Positions 50,324 through 64,000 of a DNA stretch of 64,000 nt are shown here, piece after piece; the stretch's first letter is position 1, and each line of letters starts with the position of its first letter. Made by a program: the position numbers and the translations under genes. The DNA lies in contig NC_047081.1 in assembly GCF_902459465.1 (NCBI RefSeq), positions 3,348,001 to 3,412,000 of the forward strand, read 5' to 3'. Below the pieces are notes generated by a model, which saw only the letters and a program-made list of their open reading frames with translations, did no database searches and had not been told where the DNA came from. Source of the stretch: Asterias rubens (Eukaryota).

Positions 50324-51680
50324 ATTGTAAGTTGGTGTTTGTTGTTGGTAGCTAGGAACATCTCTGGTCATGGACAGTCTCTCTAAAGACTTAATTAATT
50401 CTTGTGTAGGTTGGCATACATCTTTGTGCCCCGACATGGTAGTCCTCTTTATATGAGAAGGACATGATCTCTAATCAAATATTTACAGTTTTGATCATAG
50501 TAAGTAGTTCCTGAAGCACCTGACTGCCTAGTGGGTGTGTCAAGCCCTGTTACTGATTGTGTGTGTTGACAGGTAGATGTTTGGAACCCAGTGAATCCGT
50601 AGCTCAACCCCACCCACTGGGTACAAAAGCCCTTAGACCTCCCACAAGGGGGATTATCTGTACTTTGTGAGTCCCAGGACCTGATCCCATTCAGGTGAAG
50701 TGTGTGAAGATATCTGTCTTTTTGTTTACTCTTTGTGACTTGTTGTCCTTGGAGAGCTCTTGTATATTTCTGAAAACTGGACACAGGGTAAACATAGAGG
50801 GCTCTGTTTTTGGTGAAGGAAAGTGCCCATGTGGCCAGGCGGCAAACCAAAAGCAGTCCCAAATCTGTCAAAATCCAACTGCAGGTTTTGTTTGATTCTG
50901 TTGGACTGAGGACTGCACTTAGTAAACTTATAAATGCTTTACATGGTATCACACCACCATATTCAGAGTTTGTGTGCTGAGTTACCGTGAGGTGTTCAAT
51001 GTTGTTAGAGATGGTCATATTTATTGGCAATAAAAACTTAATTTGTTTTGTATTACAGCAGCTTTTGATAAAAGCATGTTTAGAGGAGTAATGTGGTTAT
51101 GAAAAAAGGATGACGTTTTTGTCTTCTACAAGTATTTGACTCTGAGAAGAGTTTCTGTCAGAAGCATTATCAGATTGTGTATTTCAATTTCAAAATGTAT
51201 TTCTATGTAGACATATCTGCTCCAGATTTACGGCAAAATCTCAAAAATGCTACCACCTTTTGAAATGAAATTATCACAGGTTAGTTTTAGTGTAAACATT
51301 TAACTACAATGTATGATCAAAACAATCGTAAACAGATCCACAATTCAAAGGTATACGTTCCCTTCAATTTTCCCAGCTACTTTCACACCAAGTTGACTAT
51401 TGACTCAATCACTCAAGGTCACTCCGAGCTGCGAATTCCGCCTGATTCTTTTAATGTTCCTAAGAGCGGTTTGAAAATCTCCCTAACGATCGAAACTGTC
51501 CCTCCAGTATGTTGAATTATTTAATTCTAATTATCTCCCTGATTGTTGTTTAAAATAAATCTCCCCGGTTGCAAGCTGCAAATGGTGGCAGCTGTGGACC
51601 AGTTATAGTAACATTCTGTTATGACTTATAAATACATTTTGGCTCGGGGTCAAAAGTAGTTCAGGGTTTAAAATCAATTT

Positions 51681-52026
51681 TTAAGGCACTATACATCTTT
51701 GGTAGTTCTCAAAGACCAGTATTCTCACTTAGTGTATCCCGATGTATGCATCAAATAAAAATTGGTCATCGAAGTTGCAAGAAAATAATGTAAGAAGAAA
51801 CACCCTTGTTGCATAAATTTGTGTGCTTTCAGATGCCTGAGAAAGGCTAAAGGCATGAAGTCTTTGTCAAATATTTTAGTGAGAAACTACCTCATTCTCA
51901 AAAACTAAGTTACTTTAGAGAGAGTCATTTCTCAGAATGTTTTACACTATCAATAGCTTTCCATTGCTCCAGACCAAGTGAGCTATTAATTCTAATATAT
52001 ATTACCAAACATGTCCAGTGCCTTAA
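51681..52026. mobile_element. Kolobok-type MITE, old diverged copy
   Basis: TTAAGGCACT ... TGTCCAGTGCCTTAA with the family body. Confidence 0.65.
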
Positions 52027-53303
52027 AAACATAAATAGACAACTGCTAGCACACAGATAAATTGGCGGTGTTGTTGATTGTTTCCAAAGTCTGGAATTAG
52101 TTTCATTTTTAACCAGAGTAGAGAGACTGAAAATCCTGTATTGCTTTCCGATTTGCCGTGTTGTGAATACAATTACACTTTTGATGATGGTCCATTAATA
52201 GCTCGCCGGGGAGCGGACCGATACCGAGAGTTGTGTGAAATCGGAGGTTGATCCATGCTGAATTATTAAACAATCAAATTGAAACCGTTTTGCTGATAAG
52301 TTTTGTTTCGCTGTCGGCTAAAGGTCTTTATCTAAGTATGGATTATTGTATGAATTTTTTTCAATACTGTAATACCTGAGGATCTACATCTCTCACCTAC
52401 AGTGTTTTTGTTTATAGTAGAAAAAAACTAGAAGGGAAGTATGTGGAAGAGGAAATTATATTTTTTCTCTCTGAGCTTCCGTTTGTAGTGCAGTCGGGAT
52501 CGGACGATTTAATTATTGTTGATAAAGTATTTGTCTGTATTTTCGTTCAGAGACAAATATTGTCACAATTAATCAATAACCTGATTGAATGTTTCCAAAT
52601 AAAAATCAACATTCAGGGAAAAAATCACTTGGCTGATTGCCGTGGGCGAGAACACAAGTTCTGGTGTTGTGAGAATTTCGGTTCAGGCCCCCCACAGGAG
52701 GCTTGCGTATTCGGACAAGACACTTTACCATAATTTGGGTGTGGTGCCCTGTGTAAGACTCCTTATACAAATCTACGTTTTCCACATAGAGGTGCCCCTT
52801 ACCAGAGGGAAATGCTGTGCCCTTCCAAGAGGGAAGGTCAAGGACTGTGTACCTGAAAATATTGGAAATAATTTGTAAGCGTTGGACAAAAAACTTTGTC
52901 TATGTTAGTTTTGGTTTTTACCCATACACCGATGTGTGTTAGCAGTCTATGTTAGTATTATAAAGACACTTCCTGGTAAGAAAATCAGGCGCGGAATTTG
53001 AGAGGGCAATTTTTTTTTTGCAAAGGGCACTTCCATTGGAAAATCTTAAAGTCTGTGGGGAAGATTTAATGGGGGTACCAAGGCCAAGATTAGGGCAACA
53101 GTGGCCATGGCCCCAGTGAAATTCAACGGCTGAAAAATGTTTTGGTTATTTACCCAGGAACCCTTTCAAGTTTGTAACATCCTGCGCAGAATCCTGTCAA
53201 AATATCATCTTCACATTCGTCCCGCATTCGTGACTTACAAGCTACCTGGAAATTACATAAACCTCACTCTTACAATTTTTACCTCTTCTCTTTTCCTTAA
53301 CAG

Positions 53304-53504
53304 GCGTACCGTATCCTCCGTCACGGAGGTTGCCGATGAAAGAAGTGTTCGATGCCCAGGGGCTGCCACGACCAGATGTCTTAAAGCAACATTTTGTGTT
53401 AGAGGGTCGCTTACAAGAAGATGTAGCACTTAAAATAATCAACAAGGGTGCGGAATTACTAAGGAGAGAGTCCACAATGCTAGAAATAGAGGCTCCAGTA
53501 ACAG
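53304..53504 (+). CDS. PPP3CA: Calcineurin A, coding exon 2 (201 nt)
   Basis: Polypyrimidine tract + CAG acceptor. Encodes (S)[66 protein letters not shown]. Phase-1 donor G|GTTGGT. Confidence 0.96.
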
Positions 53505-54670
53505 GTTGGTATATCAAGGGATAAGAAATGTCAGTGTTCTAGTTTTTCATCTTAACAATGATTTTTTTTTTATGGATGAGAAATTTCTGGCCTGAATATC
53601 ATCATAATTCTGGAACTAACTCAAAACTGATTCCCCTTATAAAAAAGTTTACTTAAAATGTGATGTCATCGCACGCTTTTGGATGTTGACAGAAAAATCC
53701 CACCTGAATTGAAGGGTATCAAACACAATGGCTTTTTACACTGTTTTAGCGCAAGGTTGAACTTACAATGTTTTTTTTCCCCACTTTCATAACGACTCTC
53801 TCTATTGGAAAATGAGTGGATCACATAACTGAGTTTGACCTTGGATCCCCTCCTTAAGAAAACAGTGGGTTTTCATCCAAGTGTTCTGTGTTTACTGCTC
53901 TGACAAAATGACCTTTTGTAAAGCTACAATAACAAGGTAATTTTCAAACAGATAACCTTCAGGAGCTTCTTCTTTTTTTCAGAATCAAATTTTGATTATT
54001 TCTGTTTTCCTAGCTGACTAATAAGGGCTAGGAATAATCTGAGGGGGAGGGGAAGACCATAGCCAAGCCCTTGTTTGTTTTGCCACAGTGACCCTTTCTT
54101 TTGGCTGTAGTGTCCTTAAGATTTCATCTTTAATTTTGTTGATGTTCGAAAGGAAGGCTTAGGAGATGGCCTCATTCCTTGTGGGACTGAAAATTCCAGT
54201 TCGATTCACCACTTTTCCAACCCAACCCTCTGGAATTGTATGGTTGACTGGCAGTGTCTTTGAGCGCTGCTGCTGTCCCTACACCTTGGCAGACAAATTT
54301 TCTCCAAGGTTGTTCTATTTTTAGTGACAAGACCTGCTGTCCTGTATGTCACAATTAGATAACCGAGGGGAAAATGCCCTGGACTATTGGAGTGTGGCGT
54401 TTTTTTCCTGACAGTGATGTGTTTTTTTCTCTGACTGTATGCCTGAAGGCAAACTTGCTGATACAGCCCGTGTCCTTTTTGGAGGTTGATTTGGGCAAAT
54501 AGTTTCATCAGGCTTACACATTTGCTTAGCACAAACAGTTTTTTTATTCCAAGATATAGGCTACCAGCTAACACTTCATGTTATTTATATTGCTGACTGG
54601 TTGCCCTGACTAAGCATTGTAAACTTGTGAAAAAATTGATTCAGCTAAGCATTGATATGAAATATGTAAA

Positions 54671-55094
54671 GAGCCAATTTAATAGAGCTGCTTCAGCAGA
54701 CTATAGCGCTTAAAAATGTTCTGCTAAGCAGAAATATAAAGCAAGATACCAGTGACAGTGGGTACATGTGTCAGCATTTTAGCCTTGTTCTAGTTAGCAG
54801 AATTTTGTTGTGCTGAGGTTCCTTTCATGCTTATAAGCAGCTCAATGAAATTTGCCAAGCTGCCTTGTGACATCAGGGCCCAACTTCATGGCTCTGCTTA
54901 CCGCCTAACTATACGATCACCATTAACAACTTACCTGCAAGCACAGATCTTCTGCACTAGTTGTGTAAGTGCAGAATGCCTGGTAACGTGGAATACGCAC
55001 ACGCACAAGCTTACCCTTGAAATGCGCAGGACTTAACTGATTTTGCAAGCGCCGATTCTTTGCTTACAGATAAGCACAGCCATGCAACCGGGCC
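54671..55094. mobile_element. Two adjacent Harbinger-type GGCCC MITEs (54671-54856 and 54877-55094)
   Basis: Homology to the 23696 and 61381 subfamilies respectively. Confidence 0.65.
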
Positions 55095-55241
55095 TAGTCG
55101 TCTCCACCTTGGTCGTCAAACAAGAGCTTTATAGAGCTCTTCTTTCTTTTTTGAACTAAATTTTATGTTGCCCTTCCTTTTACGAGGTTCTGTGCTGCTA
55201 AGTAGAGTGCTTTGCAGTAATACCTTGTTTTATTGTTATAA

Positions 55242-55421
<180 letters not shown>

Positions 55422-55730
55422 TAGTCAACATATTTTTCATACTACTCTTCTCAAGATATAACGTAAACAAAATAATAGGCCTCCATAGATTATAAGCAAA
55501 ATAATAAGCGATGGAGGGAAAATAGTTATTCCAAACCAAAACGAAAAGAGTTTGAGGCTGTCAGATTAAAAGCCACAGGCTTGTGGAAGACAGCCTAGAC
55601 AGACAAACTACAAACAAGGAGACAAGATAAACAGGTAACAAGAAAACATCTACAAAACAAAGGTTGCTATGAAAGAATCTAAATGTATTAGCCCTGCTAG
55701 GTTATACCCTGCTAGGTTATAACCTAGCAG

Positions 55731-56011
55731 GGCCCAATTTTATAGCGCTGCTTAGCGGCCGATTTTTTGCTAACTGAGATTTTTATTTCATAGCGCTGCT
55801 AACCGTAAGCACACGAAAAGGCATGCTAACCTTCCGGTGCTTACTGCACGAAAATAAATGACGTCACAATGCAAATCCACGGTAAACACGCAATATTGCC
55901 GCCAATTTTTTTTCTGCTAACCTGTGAAACATGCTAAGGCTTAAGCAAATTTTTCTGCTACAGTAAGCACGCAAATTTGCTTACCGTTAAGCAGAGCTAT
56001 GAAATTGGGCC
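55731..56011. mobile_element. Harbinger-type GGCCC MITE
   Basis: GGCCCAATTTTATAGCGCTGCTTA ... TAAGCAGAGCTATGAAATTGGGCC. Preceded by a 15-bp tandem repeat CCTGCTAGGTTATAC. Confidence 0.78.
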
Positions 56012-58282
56012 CTGGGCTAAAGCCAATGGCTGATGACACAATGTAGGAGCACGACTGACTAGAAAGAGAGCCACACATTAATGTATGCCACAAGTTAAAT
56101 TTGAAAGTAGCAAAGTAGTGTTGTTTGACCGTCTATGATCAAATGTTGTTTTGCAAAGGAGGAATTTCCCTGCAAATAAGATTGGGGTAGTGTTGTTTGA
56201 CTAGGGATAAATGTTGTTATGCAAAAGAGGAATTTCTATGCTAAATAATCGTGGGAATTGATTATTTCAAGTAAGGATACACAAAGCTTGTTTTCATTTG
56301 CAAGATATTAACATCTTATGAAAACAACAAGCCTCCAAAAAACTGGGGGCACTCAGCAATTGCTTTTGCTTTGGTGCCCTCTGCAAGCTTTCAATACAAA
56401 CTAACATTTTCGTCATAAAAAGTGCCCCTTACCAGAGGTAAATTTGCTGTGCCCTTAAAAAGTGAAGGGCAAGTCCTGAAAAAATGATAAGAAGAAAAGA
56501 AACACACAAATTTGGTTTCAATTCCTCTTAGCACAAAGCTTAGAAGCACCTTCTATACATGGTTTCATTGATTGTATACAATGCTGTATTCAAACCATGT
56601 TGTGCTCCGTATGCACAACTGTCTACAATGTATGTTCAGCCTCTTTCGATCCTACAAATTGGGTACGGGAGTTGGGATTCACTTTTCTGTTGACGTCACC
56701 AACTGGAAGATGTAAGGCAATTAGCTGTCGCAGTACGGCTGCAGCATGTTGAAATACAGATGCTGGCACAGACTCTAAAATTCCATTGAGGTCGTAATGT
56801 TTTAGCTCGTCGCATTGGAGTTTCTTGTATTCAACGACAAGTTCGGAATTATTTTACAGCACACAAATTGAAACGCTGTTATGAGAGGGTTGAGAAACCA
56901 AAATGATTACATCACAAACTGAATTTGACCTCTGAAAGTCTTGAATATAATTTAGTTGAACTGACACGACTTTACAAAGTCAAAGATGAATTACACCTGA
57001 AAAAGTACTCTGGCAAAGACAAAGTTAAATTGCACAAGAAAAAAAACACAAAAAAAAACACATCGCAAAGTCAAAGTTGAATTGCACATGAACATATTGC
57101 GATGTGTAACTCTCTTAAAAGCTTCAGTGTATTTTATTGCAGTAACCAGTAGGATATAAATGGAGAGCTCCTCAGTTCATGATACGAGAAATGATTCCAA
57201 TTCTGGTTTCAAAATCCCCAAATGGCACTTTCGATTTTCTGGGAGTTTTTTTTGTACATAAAGAAGCTACCTCGGCCCCAGGCTATACATACATGTTGGT
57301 CTGCTTATAAAAGCAGGAATATTGCTTAACAATTGTCTACTTAGCAGAAATGAGCAGGTTACCAGTCACAAATTGTACATAATGACAAATTATTTCGACT
57401 GGTAACTTCATTCTGGTAAGCATATTTTTTGATAGTTTTTGTACTTAAATAGCTCTAAGAAATTTGGCACTAGTCTACTCGAAAGTCGATTGAGTTCGTT
57501 TTTTAAATCAAATTCTAACAATACTCTACCCAGGGTGTGAGTGTACTGTAGATAAAGGTCAGAGACCTGGCATTGCTAGATTGGTATATATTCCTGACAC
57601 CTTAGCGTAGGCGGAGGTTGATGGTGATGAACTCGGTGGGAGTATCGCTTGAGAATGACCCCACTACTTCTGTCCTCCTTCATGGTTGGTCCACTTTGAT
57701 GTGGCAGTCATGACATTAACGGGATCCTCATAACTTTTATAATCATGAATTATAAAACTATCCGTTTTCGGTGTTGAAATGCTCGTTGTCAAATCTTGTT
57801 TTTTACATGGCTGGCGCCAGACATCTTAACTAAAGGTCAGCAGCTGCCGGAATATCAGTAAATCTAGGGGAATGTTTTTTTTAGGACTTTCATGTCCAGG
57901 ACTAGAAGAACCATTTCTATCATTTGTAGATCGTCCTACACATTTTGTGTGTGCGATGATTCGGCCATACCCCTCCCCCCCCCCCCCCCCCCCCCCCAAA
58001 TCTCTGTCTGACTACTCGTTTTCTAAATAAATGCTGATTTGCTATGGAAGATCCGTGCCGCAACAATGCATTGACTCTCCAGCTTTCCATGGTACCATCA
58101 CATTATTAATTAATACTTTTATTCTCTCCTGGAAGCGTATTTATTGCATAACATGTACTTTTAATATTCAATACTAAAACATGCTGGTGGAAACTTGCAG
58201 TATAAATATTATGTGTACATATTGTGTGTAAGTATTATGCAAGAGAAAGTATACTTTGAAATTGTCAATCATGAGAAACATC

Positions 58283-58634
58283 AATATTTATTAGCATAAA
58301 ACCTTACTTGGTAATGAGTAATGGGGAGAGGTTGATAGTATAAAACATTGTGAGAAACGGCTCCCTCTGAAGTGAAGTAGTTTGAGAAAGAAGTAATTTT
58401 CCACAAATTAGATTTCGAGTCCTCTGATTTAGAATTTGAGGTCTCGATATCAAGCATCTGAAAGCACACAGCTTTGTGTGATAGGGTCGTTTTTTCCTTT
58501 TATTATTATCTATCAACTTCGACGACCAATTGAGCTCAAATTTTCACAGGTTTGTTATTTTGTGCATATATGTTGAGATACACCAAGAGAGAAGGCTAGT
58601 CTTTGACAGTTACAAATAGTGTTCAGTGTCTTTG
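58283..58634. mobile_element. Kolobok-type MITE copy with degraded ends
   Basis: Body closely similar to 8936-9315. Confidence 0.7.
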
Positions 58635-61219
58635 AATTTATTCAATGCTTTCACTTGTGAAAGTTTCAGCGGAGTACAGTGTCTACTTGTCGAGAAAACA
58701 GCAAAACTTTCTCACATGGTTTTCACGAAGAACAAATCGTGTACCTGTGAAAGAGTAAGCTGCTTTTTAGTATTTTATGCAATGAGATGCTAAGCAAGGA
58801 TGTCGGGAAACGTTGTTGACACGCAGGTAGAAAGCCTATTGCCATCTTGCTAAAATATAGACCGAGACTGCCTAGAAATAGAAACAATCCTAGGTGGATT
58901 GTCCTTATCCCTCCCCCACTCACTCTCTTAATACTCGTTAAGAACGACGCCCCACCGGAAGGAACAAAATATCATAATCCATAACAAGTCATTCATCACA
59001 TTATATGGGATAAGTAGTTACATGTATCCCTCACAAACAGCTTCCTCAATTCTGCCTTCATTTCCGCAACGAGGCCCCCGCTTGATCAAAATTGGAGTTG
59101 CAATCCCCTAGATCGGTTTTCATTATGACTGAAATCCGACATAAAACCCTCCCAAGAAAAAAAAATGGCCCGAGCCCTAAAATGCATTTTCCTGAATTCT
59201 ATTAGTGTGGGGAACTAAGTTCTCTGTCAGAGCTATGCAAGAAACCTCTGTGTGTGTGTGGGTAATGACTGTGCACTCCATATGGCCAATGTAGAATAAA
59301 AACAAGGTGTGTTAACGCTGTAGTCCTCAACACATGCAGCTAGATTTTTAGGAATATTATTTTTGTTTAAAAATCTCGTCTTTTATTTCAGGGTTCTAAC
59401 AAAGACCATCACAAATAGACAATTGTATACAGTGAAAAAGAGAGTCAACATAAAAAAATAGGACTTTTTTTGGACAGCACCCTACCCAATGTTATGTTTC
59501 CAACTGGCCATGTGAAATTTCTCACCATTCTGTTACAGGTGCCCTTCTATTAAATACAAAAATAAAGAGGGGGGGGGGGGGGAGAGGAGAGGGATTTGTC
59601 TAGCTCAATGAACAAAATGATGTGGCCAACCTCTAGGTTGCTGTACCAGTGTGAATAGAATTATAAAAACCTGTCATCTAGAGAACGCTTCTCTGTTTTG
59701 ACAGCACCTTACCCAACACTATATTTTCATCTGGCTCGGTGAAAATTCCCACCCTACAGTTACAGGAGCCCTCACAAAATGAAAAAATGAAGAAGGAAAA
59801 AAGAGGCAAACGGGGAACAATTTCATCCAGTTTCGACTGAATTTTTGTTTTATCCACTGAATGATGATGTTCAAATGAAGATTTTTGAGTAGCAACCGAC
59901 ACCTTTTGCATATCACTTTGCCCATGCTTTACAAGGGATATCGTTCACTAGAGAAGGGTTTGTCTAGTTCAATAATCATAATGATGTGGCCAACCTCTTG
60001 GTTGGTGTACCAGACCTTCGTAGTAGACCGTCCAGAGTTCAGCTTGGCTATAATGACTATCTGATGATTTCAAGAATGATTGTTAGACGACAGGGTTTCA
60101 TGCCCGTCGGCGAGGCTCCATGCAGCACAGCAACACCACACTCGTACATCTAGTTTGTTGGGTACACTTGAACATTCTCATGTAATATTTATCACATGAG
60201 AGAGGGAGAGAGAGATTCAGCCGATTTCAGTTATATTTAATACTACATTTAATTACTCTGAGGTGAAAATGTGCTGGGGGGTGTGGCTGTTAAAGGTTCT
60301 GCTGTTTATGAAGATGAAAACTGCCATGAAAAAAATGGACTATTCTTGAAATTTTAACTGTATTGCTTCGTTTTTGAAAGGGCAAGGGTCGCAAGGCATT
60401 GTTCTCCTAAATTTGTAAATTTCTACTGGAGCTTTTCAATTTCAAGGGCTCCAGGGTGCATTGGGGCAACGGAAGTATCAAGCCTGCCAGAATTATCAAA
60501 ATGCTTTTAATGGAGATTGGGGAACGAAAGCTTTGCTTAAAATTGAAATAGTTTCACTAAACATAAACATTGGATGAACAAATAATAAACCAAGATGTAT
60601 GTGATTTATTTCTGATGGGCTTGTGTGGTATATCTTTAAGACCATAATAAAATTAGTCTAAGATGAGATAAATCCACTTTCCTCCTTGCTGCTTCTTGAG
60701 ACAAGGTACCTCTGTGGGGATTATAACATCCCCTGTCTCATGTCATCTCACACCCATCCCTCTTACCAAGGGGGTTGAATCATTCAAGATAAACAGGAAG
60801 GGGGTATGGGGGTGTGATTGACTCTACTCATCCATTCCTCTTGATAATGAATGGGAGTAGCATCAATGCTTTAAAGAGATGGGGTAAGGATTGTTTCAGT
60901 GTTGGTGCCATGTTCAGTCGTGTTTGCTGGGATACGCAATGGTAAAGGGAATAGACTACTTTGTCCTTTCCCTGCATTAGTTTTCAATAATTTATTTGTT
61001 TCAGGCCCGTATGTTTCGTTTTTGAAAGGGTAAGGGCACCAAGGCATTATCTCCTTGGTGAAGGGCATTCTATGAGGAAATTGTCAAATTCTGTTGGAGC
61101 ATTTCAATATTTTTTGGCAAGAGTATTGCGTTTTGAGGTATGAGACCAATTTATCTTTTACATATCACCATGTAATGGTTTACACAGTGGTTGTGATAAA
61201 AGGCAGCCAATCAAACCAG

Positions 61220-61731
61220 AATTACTTGGGCGAACCCCTTCTATTTTGCATTAAGTGCACTGGGTTCTTTTACGTTCCGTTATATTTACACACGGGACTA
61301 ACGGCTAATTATGTCCCTAGTCAAAGGATGCGTCAATTATGGTTTAGTGTCTTGCTTAAGGACTTAAGTGTCACAAGTAGGACCCAATTTCATGGCTCTG
61401 CTTACCGTAAGCAAGGAAATGGCGCTTACCGTGAGCAAGGAAACGGCGCTTACTGAAGCAGGGAATTCTGTGCTAACAACGTCAAACGTATTTCACGGGT
61501 TAGCGGGGAATTATGGCATGTGCGCTTGCAAACTCAACATTACTAAGCATTCTACGCTTACACAGCTAGTGCAAACTCAACACTTGCAAATAAGCGATGG
61601 ATGGTGATCATAAGCGCAGAATTTGGCAGTAAGTAGAGCCAAGAATTTGGGCCCAGGACTCAAACTAACACTTTGCTGAACAGAAGCATCAGAGCTAGAT
61701 TCCGGTGCTCTTATCCACCGCGACGCGCCAT
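61220..61731 (-). mobile_element. tRNA-headed SINE split by the MITE above (related fragments near 7360-7410 and 40190-40270)
   Basis: Minus-strand head ATGGCG..GGTGGATAAGAGCACCGGAATCTAGCTCTGATGCTTCTG at 61731-61657. The body continues at 61380-61220 with GTGTCTTGCTTAAGGAC and TGCACTGGGTTCTTTTACG motifs. Confidence 0.55.
61381..61653. mobile_element. Harbinger-type MITE inserted into a SINE; internal 24-bp tandem duplication
   Basis: GACCCAATTTCATGGCTCTG ... AGAGCCAAGAATTTGGGCC. CGCTTACCGTRAGCAAGGAAAYGG is repeated. Confidence 0.72.
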
Positions 61732-63671
61732 TATATCCTGAATTCATGTGCATGGAGGTCTTTACATTATACTACAACCACTTATCCCTCCGTGCAACAG
61801 TTACATGCTGTTTATCCTTTGTCTGTGTCTTTACATAATGACTTCACTTTCATGAATCAATGATGCACAAGGTTGCTAAGTCTGCAGTTCGGCTTAAAAA
61901 CCATGACGACTGCATTAGCATTGACCATAAAAAAGATATATGAACACCGTTATGAGAGTGTAGATTTTCAGACTTGTTTTAATTAGTTGCATTCTGTGAA
62001 CGTTGCTCTTTATCTATGGAATGAAAGGCTTTCCGGAGGGTAATTTGGCTGACTTTGGAAAGGGATTTAGACAAAAAGATGATGACTGAATATATGATAC
62101 AATTAAATATGGTGTATTTATTAAGTCTTGGTAATTAGTTAGCATTATATTGTATCCATTTTGTAACAAATTTTGGAGGGTATTTTAACGTTTGTTTTGT
62201 ATTTGTTTTTTAAACAATTTACATTCTTAAAGATCTCAGATATTAACTTAAAAACAATTTTTTATATAAAAAGATCATTTGAAATCATACATGAACTGCC
62301 ACAAACAAATAACCTGTAATTACACAGAAGACATGGTCTCCATTGCCCTGCTCTTGGCTTTTGCACCCCTTCAAATGTTTCCCATAGACTTCAAGTTTTT
62401 TCCAATGGAAGTGCCCTTTGCACAATGAAAATTCCTTGCCCCGTCAAAGATGAAATTCCAGGCCTGCATTAATGTAAGATACATGGTTCTACAATTTTGA
62501 TAAATGAAAAGTGTTAACCTTTTTTCACTTGGTAGCCAACTTGATACGTGTAGGCCCTATGTGGTCCAAAACTACATAATGTTGTTAAATGTTTCAGGTG
62601 AAATCAAATACAATATTTCATCTGTGGTGAATTCTTAAATATTTCACCTCGGGTGAATTCAAATATTTCACCTAAGGGGAATTCAAATGCTTTCCAATTT
62701 TTCTATACGAGTCGTCTAACAATAGAATGAAAGAAATATGGAGAAATCTCTCTTCGGATTTATCCTTGAGTCTGTGAACATCAGGACTGGAAAACAGAAA
62801 TAAATAAAAACCACACCACAACCACATTTTATAATGTAAAAATAAACAGAAAGAAGGCACATGTTGTGCCCAAGACAAGCAAATTGTAAATCTGCTGTTG
62901 CATGTAATGTCAATCCCATCCAAGGGCTGATGTTAATGTGTTGCTATGGTAACAGGCCCCAACTGCAGTTGAGTGTCGTGCGGGAACATGTACATCATGT
63001 ATGTGTCATCAGGTTTTTCTGCGTTGTTTTGCCGAGAAAAAGGGAGTGAACGGATTTTCCAAGGCAGCTTGCATTTTTCGCTCTTAATTATTCGTGTCTC
63101 AAGGAGGTCATGAACGCCATCGAAGAGGCAGAGAATGAGATTAGAGTGATTCTGATGATATAAGATGCTATGAATGGTGATTCGATCCAATGGTGGTCAT
63201 AGAGAGGTGTGACCTTCGACCTTTGCCTGCCGATATAATCCCAGATGTGTGGGAGTGTCGCTGCTTTCACTGCTTCGACATCTTTGTGTGAAAAACAAAG
63301 AAGTGTTTTGTTTGGTCTCTGTGTACACACTTCTCTCTCAAATCATGGAATAAACCTCACTGTATTTGGACAATCATCTTCACTTGATGTATTCAGGTCC
63401 AAAAACCCATTGTGTATGATTAATTTTTTTCTCCATTAAGTGTAGTTTGTGTTTTGGTCTCTGAATTTATTTTGTTTATTTATTGCAAAGCATATTCGAG
63501 TTTATTTTTTTTAGATGTTGCACAATAAAAAAATATCCATTATTTATTGATCTTATAGAATTATTTAGTCTGAGTGTACAAATTGTCTTCCAACTTAAAT
63601 CTGAATTTAAGGTTTTTTTTCACACAAACCCCCCCCCCCCCCCCCCGAAAAGAACAATTATTTTAGTAGCT

Positions 63672-64000
63672 TTAAAGGCAGTGGACACTATTGGTAGTTA
63701 CTCAAAATAATTATTATCATAAAACCCTACTTGGTACAAGTAAGGGGGAGAGGTTTATAGTATAAAACATTGGGAGAAACAGCTTGTGACGTAGTTTTCA
63801 AGAACGAAGTAATTTTCCACGAATTTAAATTCTAAACCTCGGATTTAAAATTTGAGGTCTCGAACTTAAGCATCTGAAAGCACCAACTTCGTGTAACAAT
63901 GGTGCGACAAGGGTGTTTTTTTCTTTCAATATTATCGCGCAACTTCGACGAACCGATTGAGCTCTTGAATCTTTCACTGGTTTGTTATTTTATGCATATA
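63672..64000. mobile_element. Kolobok-type MITE running off the window end
   Basis: TTAAAGGCAGTGGACACTATTGG terminus and family body. Confidence 0.75.

Noticed and set aside
50449-51030. Longest ORF in the track (193 aa, minus)
   Set aside because: No recognisable domain, composition typical of a random frame, and no splice partners. It lies antisense inside calcineurin intron 1.
61745-61770. VHGGL-encoding stretch resembling a downstream calcineurin exon
   Set aside because: An in-frame TGA lies two codons upstream, there is no acceptor, and the flanking residues do not match. Exon 4 (CVLYLW...) was not found before 64000.

Overview
AT-rich animal genomic DNA, probably an echinoderm such as a sea star (inferred from repeat style, not verified). 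Two protein-coding genes start head-to-head, with ATGs 2,155 bp apart. Bicaudal-C homolog 1 (BICC1, minus strand) contributes only coding exon 1 (13181-13406); its intron 1 runs off the left end. The calcineurin A catalytic subunit (plus strand) contributes exon 1 (15562-15610), exon 2 (53304-53504) and exon 3 (55279-55403), with a 37.7-kb first intron. The rest is intron packed with non-autonomous elements: TTAA-flanked Kolobok-type MITEs, PIF/Harbinger-type MITEs, a CAGGCCTG-ended family with 6-bp target duplications, a hAT-like MITE, tRNA-headed SINE-like elements and fold-back elements. The most notable signal is a dispersed ~60-bp repeat at four loci (six motif copies). It folds into a minimal type-I hammerhead ribozyme of the Penelope-element kind, with an unusual U3-A8 core. 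One inverted pair of these motifs sits in the shared BICC1/calcineurin promoter interval. Apart from the ORF-track entries that overlap these exons, the short ORFs show no sign of being real genes.
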